A stretch of DNA of 64,000 nt from Magnetococcales bacterium (GCA_015232365.1 JADFZU010000007.1:8634-72633); one strand, 5' to 3'. Positions 46,036 through 56,912 are shown, counted from the first letter of the stretch. The notes: generated by a model not told the origin, from the sequence alone. Translations and numbers: made by a program.

Positions 46036-46674
46036 ATGCCTACACTGCGGGTTGATCTGGAGGTAATTGCCAATCTGGTAGATAACAACAGCCGGATTCT
46101 TGATCTGGGCTGTGGTGACGGACTGCTGCTGGACTATCTGCTACGCCACAAAGGGGGAAATGGTTTTGGGGTCGAGTTAGACCATAAAGGGGTCCACACC
46201 TGCATATCAAGGGGTCTTCCTGTCTATCAAGGCGATATTGACCAAGGGCTTTCAGACCACCATGATGATGCCTTTGACTACGTAATCCTCTCTCAAACCC
46301 TCCAGGCGACACGCCGACCACGGTTTGTTGTCCAGGAGATGCTTAGAGTTGGCAAACGGGTTATTGTCTCTTTTCCCAATTTTGCCTACTGGCGAGTACG
46401 ATTTGGCCTTTTTCTTACCGGACGTATGCCCCGCACCAAGGTTCTGCCCCACCGCTGGTACGACACACCAAACATCCACATGTGTAGTATTAAGGATTTC
46501 AAGGAGATGTGTGACAGCATGGAAATTAATATCATCCGGCAACTTCCATTAGCTGCAAGTGGTGGCATGGACAGTGATTTGGTCCATTCACAGCTTATCG
46601 GCAAACTACCGAACGCCACAGCCAACCTATTGGCCCCGCTAGCAATCTTCCTCTTAGAGAGGAGAAGTAAGTAA
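46036..46674 (+). CDS. metW: Methionine biosynthesis protein MetW
   Basis: 212 aa. RVDLEVIANLVDNNSRILDLGCGDGLLLDYL and LSQTLQATRRP. It starts 1 nt after the metX stop. Confidence 0.88.
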   Translation: MPTLRVDLEVIANLVDNNSRILDLGCGDGLLLDYLLRHKGGNGFGVELDHKGVHTCISRGLPVYQGDIDQGLSDHHDDAFDYVILSQTLQATRRPRFVVQEMLRVGKRVIVSFPNFAYWRVRFGLFLTGRMPRTKVLPHRWYDTPNIHMCSIKDFKEMCDSMEINIIRQLPLAASGGMDSDLVHSQLIGKLPNATANLLAPLAIFLLERRSK

Positions 46675-47219
46675 TGAGTGAATTAACCCCGGAAAACGCC
46701 AAGGTTGAACCACTTATTAACGAAGCTGAGATTAAAACCCGAATCAAAACCATGGCTAAAGAGATCGCCCCCCACATGGAAAAAAATGTGGTGGTGGTTG
46801 GCCTGTTAAAGGGGGCTTATGTCTTTACTGCAGATCTGGTTCGGGAGTTGGCCCGGCTTGGAGTTGTCCCAATTGTTGATTTTATGGTCCTCTCTTCCTA
46901 CGGCAAAAGCACAGAAAGCTCCGGCACGGTAGAGGTTAAACTTGATTGTGAAGAGGATCTAAGCGGTCGTCAGGTTCTCCTGCTCGATGATATCCTTGAT
47001 AGCGGCAGAACCCTCTCTTTTGCCGTTGACCATCTAGAAAAACTTGGAGCATCATCTGTCCTGACCGCAGTTTTGCTTGACAAACCATCCCGCCGCAATA
47101 ACAGTTTCACTGCTGATTTTAGCGGTTTCACCATCGACAATCTTTTTGTAGTCGGCTACGGTATCGACTTTGCGGAACATTTTCGTGAACACCCCTATGT
47201 AGGATTTGTTAAACAGTGA
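46674..47219 (+). CDS. hpt: Hypoxanthine phosphoribosyltransferase
   Basis: 181 aa. LLKGAYVFTADLVREL and the PRPP loop VLLLDDILDSGRTL. Confidence 0.9.
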   Translation: MSELTPENAKVEPLINEAEIKTRIKTMAKEIAPHMEKNVVVVGLLKGAYVFTADLVRELARLGVVPIVDFMVLSSYGKSTESSGTVEVKLDCEEDLSGRQVLLLDDILDSGRTLSFAVDHLEKLGASSVLTAVLLDKPSRRNNSFTADFSGFTIDNLFVVGYGIDFAEHFREHPYVGFVKQ

Positions 47220-47905
47220 CCACCACAAAACTCCCATGCCGCACTCTGCTTTTTGACCTGGACGGTACTCTGGTAGACTCTGCCCCAGATTTGTGGCACA
47301 CCATGAACCATGTCATGGGTAAGCTTGGTTTGGAGACGCTAGCCCTGGACCAGGTAAGAAACTTTGTTGGTAACGGGGCCAGATTTCTCCTGGCCCGTGG
47401 TATCTATGGCGAGCACGCCACCGCACCAGATGACAATCCTGATTTTGAAGCAGCGGTCAAACTTTTTCTCGACTACTACCAAGAGCACATGACCGACCAC
47501 TCCAGACCGTATGCTGGCTGCATGGAGATACTCCAGAAGTTGAAGGATAGCGGCTTTAAATTAGCGGTAGTTACCAACAAGACCGAGAAAATGGCAAAAA
47601 CAATGTTAAGCAACCTTTCAATGGACCATTTTTTTGCTGAGATTGTTGGCGGAGATACTCTTGAAGAGCGAAAACCTCACCCTCTTCCACTCCTCTATAC
47701 CCTAAAAAAATTGGACACACCCCCCTCCTTTGGGGTTATGGTAGGGGACTCAGAGACTGACTGTAAAGCAGCAAGATCTGCAAAATGTGGCCTGATCTTG
47801 GTTAGCCACGGTTATAATCGAGGCATAGCGGTCAACACCCTTAACCCCGATGCAACCATTGATTTTTTTGAGGAGCTCCCTCCTCTATTAGAGTTAACTT
47901 CATAA
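47216..47905 (+). CDS. gph: Phosphoglycolate phosphatase (HAD superfamily)
   Basis: 229 aa. LLFDLDGTLVDSAPDL, VVTNK and VGDSETD. GTG start overlapping the hpt stop. Confidence 0.8.
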   Translation: MTTTKLPCRTLLFDLDGTLVDSAPDLWHTMNHVMGKLGLETLALDQVRNFVGNGARFLLARGIYGEHATAPDDNPDFEAAVKLFLDYYQEHMTDHSRPYAGCMEILQKLKDSGFKLAVVTNKTEKMAKTMLSNLSMDHFFAEIVGGDTLEERKPHPLPLLYTLKKLDTPPSFGVMVGDSETDCKAARSAKCGLILVSHGYNRGIAVNTLNPDATIDFFEELPPLLELTS

Positions 47906-47933
47906 GACTATTTTTTAAATATTGGATAACAGC

Positions 47934-48812
47934 ATGCCCCAACTAAGATTAGGAATTCCCAAAGGTAGCCTGGAAAAAGCCACCGTCGATCTTTTTGCCC
48001 AGGCTGGGTGGAACATAAGAATCCACTCCCGCAACTATTTTCCAAGCGTTGATGATAACGAGTTGGTCTTATCCCTGGTTCGCCCCCAAGAGATGGCAGC
48101 CTACATTGCTGACGGCACATTGGATCTGGGACTGACCGGCTGGGACTGGATTATTGAACGCGACTGCCAGGATAAGGTCGCAGAAATTGCCACCCTTGAG
48201 TATTCTAAAGCCTCCAACCAAGCCTGTCGCTGGGTGCTGGTTACCAGGGAGGACTCTCCGATTAAAACCATCGAAGATCTCCAAGGCAAACGGATCGCCA
48301 CCGAGTTAGAGGGCTTTACCCGGCGTTATCTTGCTGAAAGAGGCGTTACCGCCGAGGTTGTCTTCTCTTGGGGGGCTACTGAAGCCAAGGTGGTAGAAGG
48401 CCTGGTAGATGCAGTAGTTGAAATTACCGAGACCGGATCAACCATTAAAGCCCACGGCTTGCGAATTGTCGAAGATCTACTGGAGACCCGTACCAAACTA
48501 ATTGCCCACCCGCCAGCACTGGAAGATACCTGGAAAAAAAATAAAATTGAGCAGATATCCATGCTGCTAACTGCAGCACTGGATGCCCGGCACAAAGTTA
48601 TGTTGAAGATGAACATACCAACAGCAAACACCCAGGCAGTTGTTGATGAACTGCCAAGCCTCCAGGCTCCGACCATCAACCCCCTTACCGATAGCAATTG
48701 GCAAGCTGTAGAAACTGTCGTTGACCGTAACAAGGTTCGTGACCTGATTCCACGCTTAAAAGCAGCAGGTGCTGTAGGTATACTGGAATATGACCTTAAA
48801 AAAGTGTTATAA
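47934..48812 (+). CDS. hisG: ATP phosphoribosyltransferase (long form)
   Basis: MPQLRLGIPKGSLEKAT and DLGLTGWDW, plus a C-terminal regulatory domain. The ATG at 47934 is preferred over the TTG at 47922. Confidence 0.9.
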   Translation: MPQLRLGIPKGSLEKATVDLFAQAGWNIRIHSRNYFPSVDDNELVLSLVRPQEMAAYIADGTLDLGLTGWDWIIERDCQDKVAEIATLEYSKASNQACRWVLVTREDSPIKTIEDLQGKRIATELEGFTRRYLAERGVTAEVVFSWGATEAKVVEGLVDAVVEITETGSTIKAHGLRIVEDLLETRTKLIAHPPALEDTWKKNKIEQISMLLTAALDARHKVMLKMNIPTANTQAVVDELPSLQAPTINPLTDSNWQAVETVVDRNKVRDLIPRLKAAGAVGILEYDLKKVL

Positions 48813-48893
48813 GGTGTAGTTTGACTTTCCCATCCTAACGGTTTGGGAGATGGTTTCTGTTGTTAAGTATTTAATTTACCGAGGAAAGTTCCC

Positions 48894-49136
48894 ATGTCGA
48901 TTGTCGATTTAATTAATAAAGGTGTGGAGTTGATGTTCCTGGGAATGGGAACTGTGTTCATCTTTTTGGCTATTTTGGTTGTTGTTGTCAGCCAGATGTC
49001 AAAACTGGCAAAAGCACTTGAAAAAAACCAGCCACAGCCTACCACCGCAAAACCTGCAACAGTAGTAGCAACAAATAACGACCATATTGCAGCAATAGCA
49101 GCAGCGGTTCATCAATACCGAGCTAAACATCAATAA
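48894..49136 (+). CDS. oadG: Oxaloacetate decarboxylase gamma subunit
   Basis: 80 aa with a single TM helix (LMFLGMGTVFIFLAILVVVV) and an Ala-rich C-terminus. It sits immediately upstream of the oadA/oadB-like genes. Confidence 0.7.
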   Translation: MSIVDLINKGVELMFLGMGTVFIFLAILVVVVSQMSKLAKALEKNQPQPTTAKPATVVATNNDHIAAIAAAVHQYRAKHQ

Positions 49137-49215
49137 AATTCCTCTGTTTTAACTCTACTGTTAAAACCTATCTATCAACCTGTTTATTACCCGTCCAAAG
49201 GAAGTTATACGTACC

Positions 49216-51030
49216 ATGAAAAAAAAGCCCCTTGGAATTACGGAACTCGTTTTAAGAGACGCCCACCAATCACTATTCGCCACCCGGATGCGTATTGACG
49301 ATATGCTACCCATAGCCGCAAAGCTTGATAAAGTCGGCTACTGGTCCTTGGAGACCTGGGGTGGAGCCACCTTTGATGCCTGTATCAGGTTTCTGGGCGA
49401 AGATCCATGGGAACGGCTGCGGCGTCTTAAAGCAGCTATGCCCAACACCCCGATGCAGATGCTCTTTAGGGGCCAGAATATTCTCGGCTATCGCCACTAT
49501 GCCGATGATGTAGTAGAGAAGTTTGTTGAACGGGCAGCAGCCAACGGTATGGACGTATTCCGTATCTTTGATGCTATGAACGATACCAGGAACCTAAAAA
49601 CAGCTATTAAAGCTACCATTAAAAACAAGAAACATGCTCAAGGCACTCTATCCTATACCATCAGCCCAGTACATAATATCCAATACTGGCTGGATATGGC
49701 TAAAAAGCTGGAAGATCTCGGCTCCCACTCTATCTGCATCAAAGATATGGCCGGCCTGCTCAGACCTTATGTGGCAGAAGAGCTGGTCTCCCGATTAAAA
49801 GAGACCGTATCGGTTCCCCTGGCTATGCAGTGCCATGCAACAACCGGTATGAGCACCACTACCATACTTAAAGCTGTGGAGTCAGGGTTGGATATTGTTG
49901 ATACTGCTATATCATCAATGAGCCATACAACCGGCCACTCAGCAACAGAGAGTGTGGTTGCCATCTTGGAAGGCCGGGCAAATGCCACAGGACTGGATAT
50001 GGTCCTACTGGCAGAAATCGCCGCTTATTTCCGTGAAGTAAGGAAAAAATATGCTAAATTTGAGGGCAGCCTGAAAGGTGTTGACTCCCGGATTTTGTTG
50101 GCCCAGGTTCCAGGTGGAATGCTCAGCAACATGGAGAACCAGCTTAAACAGCAAGGTGCCATGGATAAAATGGACGACGTGTTAAAAGAGATTCCAAAAG
50201 TTCGTAAAGATCTTGGCAACATTGCCCTGGTTACTCCAACATCACAAATCGTAGGTACACAAGCGGTATTCAACGTGATGATGGGTGAACGGTATAAATC
50301 CATAACCAAAGAGACCCGCGGCATCCTTCGTGGTGAGTATGGTTCAACACCGGCTCCTATGGATAAAGAGCTGCAAAAAAGGGTTTTAGGACCAAAAGAG
50401 AGGCCTCTGACATGCCGCCCTGCAGATAAATTAAACCCTGAGGTAGAGACCCTCTCCAAAGAGTTGGAAAAACTGGCAGCAGAGAAAAACATCCGCAAAG
50501 CTGATGCATTTATTGACGATGTGCTTACCTATGCCCTATTCCCGGCTGTTGGTCTCAAGTTTCTAGAGAACCGTGACAACCCAGACGCCTTTGAGCCGGT
50601 ACCATCGGCTGATGATGTTGCACCAGCTAAAAAAGCTGTCGCTCCCGCACCTGCACCTGCAAAAGCTTCCCCTTCTGCACCAGAGAGCTACCGGGTTGTT
50701 GTTAACGGTAGTGCTTATGATGTTGAGGTTGGCCCAGGTGGAGCTATAAGCCAGACTGCTGCTGCACCTGCCGCCGCTCCTGTAGCTGCACCTGCTGCGG
50801 CTCCTGCTGCAAGTGGTGGAGAGCCAATCCCTGCTCCACTGGCTGGTAATGTGGTTAGAGTTGAGGTCCATGTCGGTAGTCAGGTCAATGAGGGTGATAT
50901 CATTGTTATCGTTGAAGCCATGAAGATGGAGACTGAAGTTCGTGCTCCAAAAGGTGGAGCAGTAACTGCTATCAATGTGAAAGCTGGCGATACAGTAGGT
51001 GTCGGTGATTCTCTGCTTACAATATCTTGA
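49216..51030 (+). CDS. oadA: Oxaloacetate decarboxylase alpha subunit (carboxyltransferase + biotinyl domain)
   Basis: 604 aa. [14 protein letters not shown], an Ala/Pro linker, and the biotin attachment site [10 protein letters not shown]. Confidence 0.9.
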   Translation: MKKKPLGITELVLRDAHQSLFATRMRIDDMLPIAAKLDKVGYWSLETWGGATFDACIRFLGEDPWERLRRLKAAMPNTPMQMLFRGQNILGYRHYADDVVEKFVERAAANGMDVFRIFDAMNDTRNLKTAIKATIKNKKHAQGTLSYTISPVHNIQYWLDMAKKLEDLGSHSICIKDMAGLLRPYVAEELVSRLKETVSVPLAMQCHATTGMSTTTILKAVESGLDIVDTAISSMSHTTGHSATESVVAILEGRANATGLDMVLLAEIAAYFREVRKKYAKFEGSLKGVDSRILLAQVPGGMLSNMENQLKQQGAMDKMDDVLKEIPKVRKDLGNIALVTPTSQIVGTQAVFNVMMGERYKSITKETRGILRGEYGSTPAPMDKELQKRVLGPKERPLTCRPADKLNPEVETLSKELEKLAAEKNIRKADAFIDDVLTYALFPAVGLKFLENRDNPDAFEPVPSADDVAPAKKAVAPAPAPAKASPSAPESYRVVVNGSAYDVEVGPGGAISQTAAAPAAAPVAAPAAAPAASGGEPIPAPLAGNVVRVEVHVGSQVNEGDIIVIVEAMKMETEVRAPKGGAVTAINVKAGDTVGVGDSLLTIS

Positions 51031-51039
51031 GTCTAAAAT

Positions 51040-52176
51040 ATGAATAATTTATTGATACTCTGGCAGACCACCGGACTTGCCAATTTACAGTGGGGCGAGG
51101 TGGTGATGATTGGCATAGGGGGCTTGCTGCTCTATCTTGCAATTGTCAAAGAGTTTGAACCACTGCTGCTGATTCCCATCGGTTTCGGAGCAATTCTCTC
51201 CAACATTCCTGTTGCGGGAATCGCTGAGGAGGGGGGAATGCTCTATATGGTTTATGAGGTGGGTATACATAGCGGAATCTTTCCCCTGCTCATATTCCTA
51301 GGTGTTGGGGCTTTGACTGATTTTGGCCCGCTGATTGCCAACCCAAAAACCATATTTCTCGGAGCGGCCGCCCAGTTTGGGATATTTTTAACACTCATCG
51401 GGGCGTTGGCTATGAACGCTATCCCCGGCTTTGAGTTCTCCCTAGCTGATGCTGCAGCTATCGGCATTATCGGCGGTGCAGATGGACCAACGGCTATTTT
51501 TCTCTCCTCCAGGTTAGCACCAGACCTTATGGGAGCCATTGCCGTTGCTGCATACTCCTATATGGCTATGGTTCCTATGATCCAGCCGCCAATCATGATG
51601 GCCTTGACCACCGAGACTGAACGCAAAGTTGTGATGACCCAGTTGCGCCCTGTCTCACGGCTGGAAAAAATTCTCTTTCCACTGACAGTGCTGCTCCTCT
51701 GCCTTCTTTTTTTACCAACTGCTGCCCCGCTTATCGGCATGTTGACCTTCGGCAACCTGCTAAAAGAGTGTGGAGTTGTTGAACGTCTCTCCAAAACAGC
51801 TCAGAACGAACTCATCAATATTGTCACTATTTTCCTTGGCTTGGCAGTGGGAACCAAGCTATCTGCCGAGGCATTTTTAAATATAGAGACAATGGGTATC
51901 CTGGTATTGGGAGTGATAGCCTTTAGTGTTGGCACTGCTGCTGGATTGATGATGGGCAAGCTGATGTATCGCTTGTCTGGTGGTAAAATCAACCCGCTGA
52001 TTGGTGCTGCCGGAGTCTCCGCCGTACCAATGGCAGCCCGTGTTGTTAACAAGGTAGGACTGGAAGCCAACAACCAAAACTTTCTGCTGATGCACGCCAT
52101 GGGACCTAATGTTGCCGGAGTGATTGGCTCAGCAGTAGCTGCTGGTGTGTTGCTGGCTACTGTTGGTGGTGGCTAA
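51040..52176 (+). CDS. oadB: Sodium-translocating decarboxylase beta subunit
   Basis: 378 aa polytopic membrane protein. [13 protein letters not shown] and [12 protein letters not shown] are typical of OadB/GcdB/MmdB. Confidence 0.9.
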   Translation: MNNLLILWQTTGLANLQWGEVVMIGIGGLLLYLAIVKEFEPLLLIPIGFGAILSNIPVAGIAEEGGMLYMVYEVGIHSGIFPLLIFLGVGALTDFGPLIANPKTIFLGAAAQFGIFLTLIGALAMNAIPGFEFSLADAAAIGIIGGADGPTAIFLSSRLAPDLMGAIAVAAYSYMAMVPMIQPPIMMALTTETERKVVMTQLRPVSRLEKILFPLTVLLLCLLFLPTAAPLIGMLTFGNLLKECGVVERLSKTAQNELINIVTIFLGLAVGTKLSAEAFLNIETMGILVLGVIAFSVGTAAGLMMGKLMYRLSGGKINPLIGAAGVSAVPMAARVVNKVGLEANNQNFLLMHAMGPNVAGVIGSAVAAGVLLATVGGG

Positions 52177-52300
52177 CACAATATAGCCATATATTTTTTA
52201 ATTGGGCAATAAACTGCTTTAAGCTGGAATTGACAATAACTAAAAGATATACTAAACGAAAGATGTATATTTTTTATTGACATAACAAATAGGAGAGATT

Positions 52301-52606
52301 ATGGAGATTAAGCTGGAAGGTCGGCAGGTAGATCTCGGCAACGAGTTACAAGAACGGATCAAAAAACGCCTGGATAGTTTAGACCGACGATTCGGCCCCA
52401 TTACCCACGCTAGATTCAGTGTGGAGAGGCGACCGCATAACAATGAACAGCGAGCCGAAGCAAAAGCTGTTGTCAATATTGCTGGCAGCACAATAACCGC
52501 TACTAAAGAGGCCGCCACTGTTGTTGTCGCAGTTAATGAGACTTTGGATACATTGACCGAAAATCTTAAAGGTCATGTTGAAAAGAAGAAGAAAGACCAC
52601 CGGTAG
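52301..52606 (+). CDS. hpf: Ribosome hibernation factor (short HPF/RaiA family)
   Basis: 101 aa. MEIKLEGRQVDLGNELQERIKKRLDSLDRRF and the overall pattern of the sigma-54 modulation protein/S30EA family. Confidence 0.8.
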   Translation: MEIKLEGRQVDLGNELQERIKKRLDSLDRRFGPITHARFSVERRPHNNEQRAEAKAVVNIAGSTITATKEAATVVVAVNETLDTLTENLKGHVEKKKKDHR

Positions 52607-52627
52607 AGATTGTGGTCAGGTTTTTTT
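52595..52627 (+). terminator. Probable rho-independent terminator of hpf
   Basis: GACCAC (52595-52600) pairs with GTGGTC (52612-52617) and is followed by agg + T7 (52621-52627). The stem is short. Confidence 0.5.
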
Positions 52628-52645
52628 GAATATCTAGATGAAAAG

Positions 52646-52692
52646 TTGGGGCTTTCCCCCAAATCCCATCGGAAGGGGGTAGCCCCCCTTCC
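52646..52692. other. Two adjacent G/C-run hairpins of unknown role
   Basis: ttggggctttccccaa-type hairpin at about 52646-52662, and ggaagggggtagccccccttcc at 52671-52692. Confidence 0.4.
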
Positions 52693-52776
52693 CAAAACCA
52701 TCCCATGACTTTTTTAGTTAAGTTTATTTTACTATCCTGACTTACGTTATGTTTTCCCTTTACCTGGGATCTCCTC

Positions 52777-54720
52777 ATGACAGATACTGTGGTGATGAGT
52801 GATACCGATCAGCTAGTTCAGGCTCTGTTTGGTCCAGAGAGCCTTCTATCCAAGACCATACCCTCCTATGAATCACGTAACTCTCAAGTGCGGATGGCTC
52901 AACTTGTTGCCGAGACAGCGGTAAATGATGGCTGTCTGTTGGTTGAAGCTGCAACAGGAACCGGGAAAACACTGGCCTATCTCCTGCCGTTGCTGGCTAT
53001 GGGCCATAAAATAATAGTAGCGACTGCGACAAAAGCCCTGCAAGATCAAATTGTCAACAACGACCTCCCTATGGTTCGTCAAGTTATGCGCACCCCTTTT
53101 AGCTTTGCATCGTTAAAGGGCCGTGGCAACTATCTATGCCTGCTACGTTTTAGAGCCTACAATCATGGTGGAGCATCAAAACAGGAGAAAAAATGGCTTG
53201 ACCTGATCAAAGAGTGGCTCCCCTATACCCTCACCGGGGACAGGGATGAGTTGCAGGATATGCCGGAGCAGTTGCCATTCTGGTTTGATGTCAGTGCAGG
53301 TGGTGAGCACTGCATCGGTAAAAAGTGTGATGATTATGATAGCTGTTTTCTAACTAAAGCGAGAAACCTGGCAAAAAAGGTCAACCTGCTTGTGGTCAAC
53401 CACCATCTTTTTTTTGCTGACCTAGCAGTAAAGGATGGTGGGTTTGGTGAGATATTACCAAACCATAAAGTTGTAGTTTTTGATGAGGCCCACCGTATAC
53501 CGGATGTTGTCACCACATTTTTTGGCTGGGAGATTAGCAACTATAAAATCAGGGAACTGATTCAAGATAGTCGCCGGGAGTTTGAAGAGATTGGCGTTAG
53601 TGAACATGAAGCCTATGATATTCTACAGGTTTTAGAGGAGGTAGCACACGGGCTAAGGGCAGCATTTCCCACTGTAGATAGCCGTGACGGTCTGCAGCCA
53701 GAAGATATGGAGGCTGCTCCAGGTAGGGCAATGGTGGCAATGGAGGAGGCTCTCTACAAATACCGGGAGGTGTTGGAGCCACAACAGATCCGCAGCAAAA
53801 CCTTGGCCTCTCTATACCGGCGGGCTGAAGAACTTCTGGAGATTTCTGGACGGATTCGCTCGTTAGCCGATCCAACACGGGTACACTGGTTTGAGACCAG
53901 AGGCCGGGGAGTGTTTATCCACGCCTCGCCCCTGGAGACCGGCCCAACTCTGCAAGAGTTGCTCTACCCAACACTTGATGCTGTAATTTTCACCTCAGCC
54001 ACCCTGGCAACCGGCTCAGGAGATAGGGGTTTTGCATTTTTTCGAGAGCAGCTTGGGGTAAATGGTGATCAAGTTGTTATGGAACGACTGCCCCCGCCTT
54101 TTGATTATGCCAACCAATCCCTGCTTTTTGTCCCGGACGATCTACCAGAACCAAATAGCCCAGAGTTCCCTAAAGCTGTTGCAGGAGAGATTGAACAGCT
54201 TCTAAATGTGAGCCAGGGCCGGGCACTGTGCCTCTTCACCAGCTTGCGAATGATGGAGTCGGTGCGTCTAGCTTTACAGGGTAGGTTTCCATACAATCTG
54301 CTGGTACAGGGCAGCAGGCCAAAAGCGGCTTTGCTGGCAGCATTTCAGAGTGACACTTCATCAGTTTTATTGGGTGTTGCAAGTTTTTGGGAAGGGGTTG
54401 ATATTCCCGGAGAGTCGCTATCCATTGTCATTATAGATAGGTTGCCTTTTGCCTCCCCTGGAGATCCGGTAGTTGCAGCCCGCAGCCGATGGTTTGAGTC
54501 GCAAAAGCTCAACCCATTTAATGCTATGACAGTACCAAGAGCAATTATAACCCTAAAACAGGGACTAGGCCGCTTGCTAAGACGTAACAGTGACCGGGGC
54601 GTAATGGTGGTTTTAGACAAACGGTTGGTGACAAAATGGTACGGAAAACGGTTTTTATCTGGCCTGCCACCTGCCCCTCTTACTAAAGAACGCAAGGCAG
54701 TAGGAAAGTTTTTTGCCTAA
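52777..54720 (+). CDS. dinG: DinG/Rad3-family ATP-dependent DNA helicase (Fe-S type)
   Basis: 647 aa. Walker A VEAATGTGKTLAYLLP and DEAH box VVFDEAHRIPD. Fe-S Cys set (YLCLLRF, GEHCIGKKCDDYDSCF). C-terminal FWEGVDIPGESL and QGLGRLLRR. Confidence 0.85.
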   Translation: MTDTVVMSDTDQLVQALFGPESLLSKTIPSYESRNSQVRMAQLVAETAVNDGCLLVEAATGTGKTLAYLLPLLAMGHKIIVATATKALQDQIVNNDLPMVRQVMRTPFSFASLKGRGNYLCLLRFRAYNHGGASKQEKKWLDLIKEWLPYTLTGDRDELQDMPEQLPFWFDVSAGGEHCIGKKCDDYDSCFLTKARNLAKKVNLLVVNHHLFFADLAVKDGGFGEILPNHKVVVFDEAHRIPDVVTTFFGWEISNYKIRELIQDSRREFEEIGVSEHEAYDILQVLEEVAHGLRAAFPTVDSRDGLQPEDMEAAPGRAMVAMEEALYKYREVLEPQQIRSKTLASLYRRAEELLEISGRIRSLADPTRVHWFETRGRGVFIHASPLETGPTLQELLYPTLDAVIFTSATLATGSGDRGFAFFREQLGVNGDQVVMERLPPPFDYANQSLLFVPDDLPEPNSPEFPKAVAGEIEQLLNVSQGRALCLFTSLRMMESVRLALQGRFPYNLLVQGSRPKAALLAAFQSDTSSVLLGVASFWEGVDIPGESLSIVIIDRLPFASPGDPVVAARSRWFESQKLNPFNAMTVPRAIITLKQGLGRLLRRNSDRGVMVVLDKRLVTKWYGKRFLSGLPPAPLTKERKAVGKFFA

Positions 54721-54843
54721 CCAGAAATTATTTATGGATATTATCGCTAAACCTTGATGAGTCAGTTATAAGTGCGTATATGGTGCTAAGGAGACTAGCA
54801 CCAATGGTGGTCTGCCAAAAAGTAAACAAGATTTTTAAGTTAT

Positions 54844-54877
54844 TTTTCCAGACTTCTAACTGCCGAATATAGCTTAA
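54844..54877. repeat. Solo end-fragment (copy C) of the MITE-like repeat family
   Basis: tttttccagacttctaactgccgaatatagcttaa shares ccagact...aactgccgaat(a/c)tag with the right end of copy B. It also shares ctgccgaatatag(g/c)ttaa with the inverted left end of copy A. Confidence 0.45.
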
Positions 54878-54885
54878 GCTAGAAT

Positions 54886-54894
54886 TGCTATAAT
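54886..54894 (+). promoter_or_regulatory. Extended -10 promoter element (TGcTATAAT) upstream of tsaB
   Basis: tgctataat at 54886-54894, 37 nt upstream of the tsaB ATG. No good -35 is present, which is consistent with the extended -10 type. Confidence 0.4.
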
Positions 54895-54930
54895 TCATGA
54901 AATATTCTATCTAAAGAGATACAAAAAAGA

Positions 54931-55650
54931 ATGCGGATTTTAGCTATGGACACAGTAGGCCACCAGGGTTCTGTTGCTCTACTAGATGATAATACTCCAA
55001 TCACCAGTGCCATGCTCACAGAGCCGACTGGACATGTGGTAACCCTTCCCAAAACTATAACATCATTATTAAAAAAAGCTGGCTGGTGTATTGAAGATAT
55101 AGACCTGGTAGCAGTCACCCTGGGGCCGGGATCATTTACCGGCCTGCGTATAGCTCTTGGTGTGGCAAAGGGGTTGGTGCTGGGACAGGATGTTAATGTG
55201 GTTGGTATCTCCACTTTGGATGTGGTTGCAGCAGGCAGTGGAGCCAAAAAGAGTGGAGACTTGGTCGCCACTATATTGGATGCCAGGCGTAAGGAGATTT
55301 ATTTTGGTCTATACAAACTATCTGCATACTGCTTGCCAGAGGCGATCAACGAGCCTTTTATTGCCGATCCTCTATCTCTATCCCAAGAGCTAGCTGCTGA
55401 TCCATCTATAATCAGTACCACTCAGCTCTTTATGAACGGCTCAGGTTTGGGGCCGTATAACACTCTATTCAAAGAGGCTCTGGGAGAGAGGTTCAAGCCA
55501 ACTCCAGAAGAGGGTTGGAACCCAGACCCTTTTTTACTTGGCAAACTAGCCCTACATAAATTTACCCTGCATGGTGGAGATAGTGGAGCCAGTTTAAATC
55601 CGCTATATCTACGCCGCCCAGATGCAGTAATAAAAAAAATGGTTCTTTAA
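54931..55650 (+). CDS. tsaB: tRNA threonylcarbamoyladenosine biosynthesis protein TsaB
   Basis: 239 aa. MRILAMDTV and GPGSFTGLRIALGVAKG. Confidence 0.88.
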   Translation: MRILAMDTVGHQGSVALLDDNTPITSAMLTEPTGHVVTLPKTITSLLKKAGWCIEDIDLVAVTLGPGSFTGLRIALGVAKGLVLGQDVNVVGISTLDVVAAGSGAKKSGDLVATILDARRKEIYFGLYKLSAYCLPEAINEPFIADPLSLSQELAADPSIISTTQLFMNGSGLGPYNTLFKEALGERFKPTPEEGWNPDPFLLGKLALHKFTLHGGDSGASLNPLYLRRPDAVIKKMVL

Positions 55651-55651
55651 T

Positions 55652-56125
55652 ATGCGCCTCAACATAACAGATATGAAAAAAAAGCATCTGGTAAAGGTTG
55701 TAGATCTAGATGGTAAAATTGCTCAATCCCCCTGGACAATGCCGATGTTTTTGGAGGAGTTAGAGCTTGGCTCGTTCTGCAGGGTTCTTCTTGACGAATA
55801 TGGAGAGGTTATCGGTTATTGCATCTCCAGGCTGCAGGTTGATGAGTGGCATCTTTTAACAGTAGGTATAAATAGTAGCCATAGAAATATGGGCTTGGGT
55901 TCCCGCCTGCTCAAAGACCTGATTCGCAAAGCCGCACTAAATTATGACAAGGCAGTTTTATTGGAAGTTAGATCTTCAAATGCTGTTGCGATTAATCTAT
56001 ATAAAAAGCATGGCTTTACAGTGTTACATATTAGAGAGGGATATTATAAAACAGCCCAGGCAGCAGAGGATGCAGTAGTTATGAAACGGTTGATTAAGGG
56101 TGGGGACCGGGAAATTATTTCTTAA
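55652..56125 (+). CDS. rimI: Ribosomal-protein-alanine N-acetyltransferase (GNAT)
   Basis: 157 aa. It has a GNAT core (HRNMGLGSRLLKDLI, LLEVRSSNAVAINLYKKHGF) and the conserved tsaB-rimI adjacency. Confidence 0.85.
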   Translation: MRLNITDMKKKHLVKVVDLDGKIAQSPWTMPMFLEELELGSFCRVLLDEYGEVIGYCISRLQVDEWHLLTVGINSSHRNMGLGSRLLKDLIRKAALNYDKAVLLEVRSSNAVAINLYKKHGFTVLHIREGYYKTAQAAEDAVVMKRLIKGGDREIIS

Positions 56126-56271
56126 ATTACTGGACTTTGGCTCCCAAAAATGATTTTATGCCATAAAATTAAAGTGACTCAGGATTCATATTAATCGTAG
56201 ATTCCGGGTTACTTTAGAGTTTATTATGAATTATTAATTAATGAAAACTGGCAATTAAGAGGTTCAAAACC

Positions 56272-56730
56272 ATGTTAGTTAAAGATGTTATGATCACCGA
56301 CGTACTTACCGCCCGTAAAGAAGACTCTGTCCGTAGTATTGCTGGAACGATTTGTACTAATAAAATCAGTGGACTACCGGTTGTTGATGCTGACAATGTT
56401 CTGGTTGGAATAGTCTCAGAAAAAGATATTCTCAACTCTCTTTTGCCTAGCTATTCTGATTTCTTACACGACCCTATCCGGGGCCGGGATTTTGAAGGAA
56501 TGGAGAACAGCTACAAAGAGATTCTATCTAAAACAGTGGCAGATCTTATGACCAACAGAGCTTTTACCGTCTCTCCTGACGATCCACTCATGAAAGCAGC
56601 ATCACAAATGGCACTACATAAGTTCCGCCGTATACCGGTGGTCGGCCCTGGCAACACACTTATGGGCATAGTTAGCCTGGGCGATATTCACAAAGCCATT
56701 TTCAAGCGTGAGTTGGACCTGAAACATTAA
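56272..56730 (+). CDS. CBS-domain pair protein
   Basis: 152 aa with two CBS repeats (VKDVMITDVLT...ISGLPVVD...GIVSEKDIL; VADLMTNRAFTV...FRRIPVV...GIVSLGDI). Confidence 0.85.
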   Translation: MLVKDVMITDVLTARKEDSVRSIAGTICTNKISGLPVVDADNVLVGIVSEKDILNSLLPSYSDFLHDPIRGRDFEGMENSYKEILSKTVADLMTNRAFTVSPDDPLMKAASQMALHKFRRIPVVGPGNTLMGIVSLGDIHKAIFKRELDLKH

Positions 56731-56761
56731 ATTTTTACTAATTTGTACTGAATATAAATCA

Positions 56762-56797
56762 AAAGCACCGGAGTTTAGAGACTGCGGTGCTTTTTTT
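56762..56797 (+). terminator. Rho-independent terminator after the CBS gene
   Basis: aaaGCACCGgagtttagagactGCGGTGCttttttt: a 6-8 bp stem followed by a T7 tract at 56791-56797. Confidence 0.65.
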
Positions 56798-56912
56798 ATA
56801 GTGCTTTTTACCGCTAAGATTGCTAGTTAAATGTAGCTGGTTTATATTATTATTCAATATTTGGGTGCTGGCTAAATCCAACCCATTAATTAGAAAACTT
56901 TGGAGATTTACT

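Noticed and set aside
52177-52300. TTGACA...TATACT upstream of hpf as a sigma-70 promoter.
   Set aside because: The spacer between the two hexamers is only about 12 nt, which is too short for a functional -35/-10 pair. No alternative pair was convincing.
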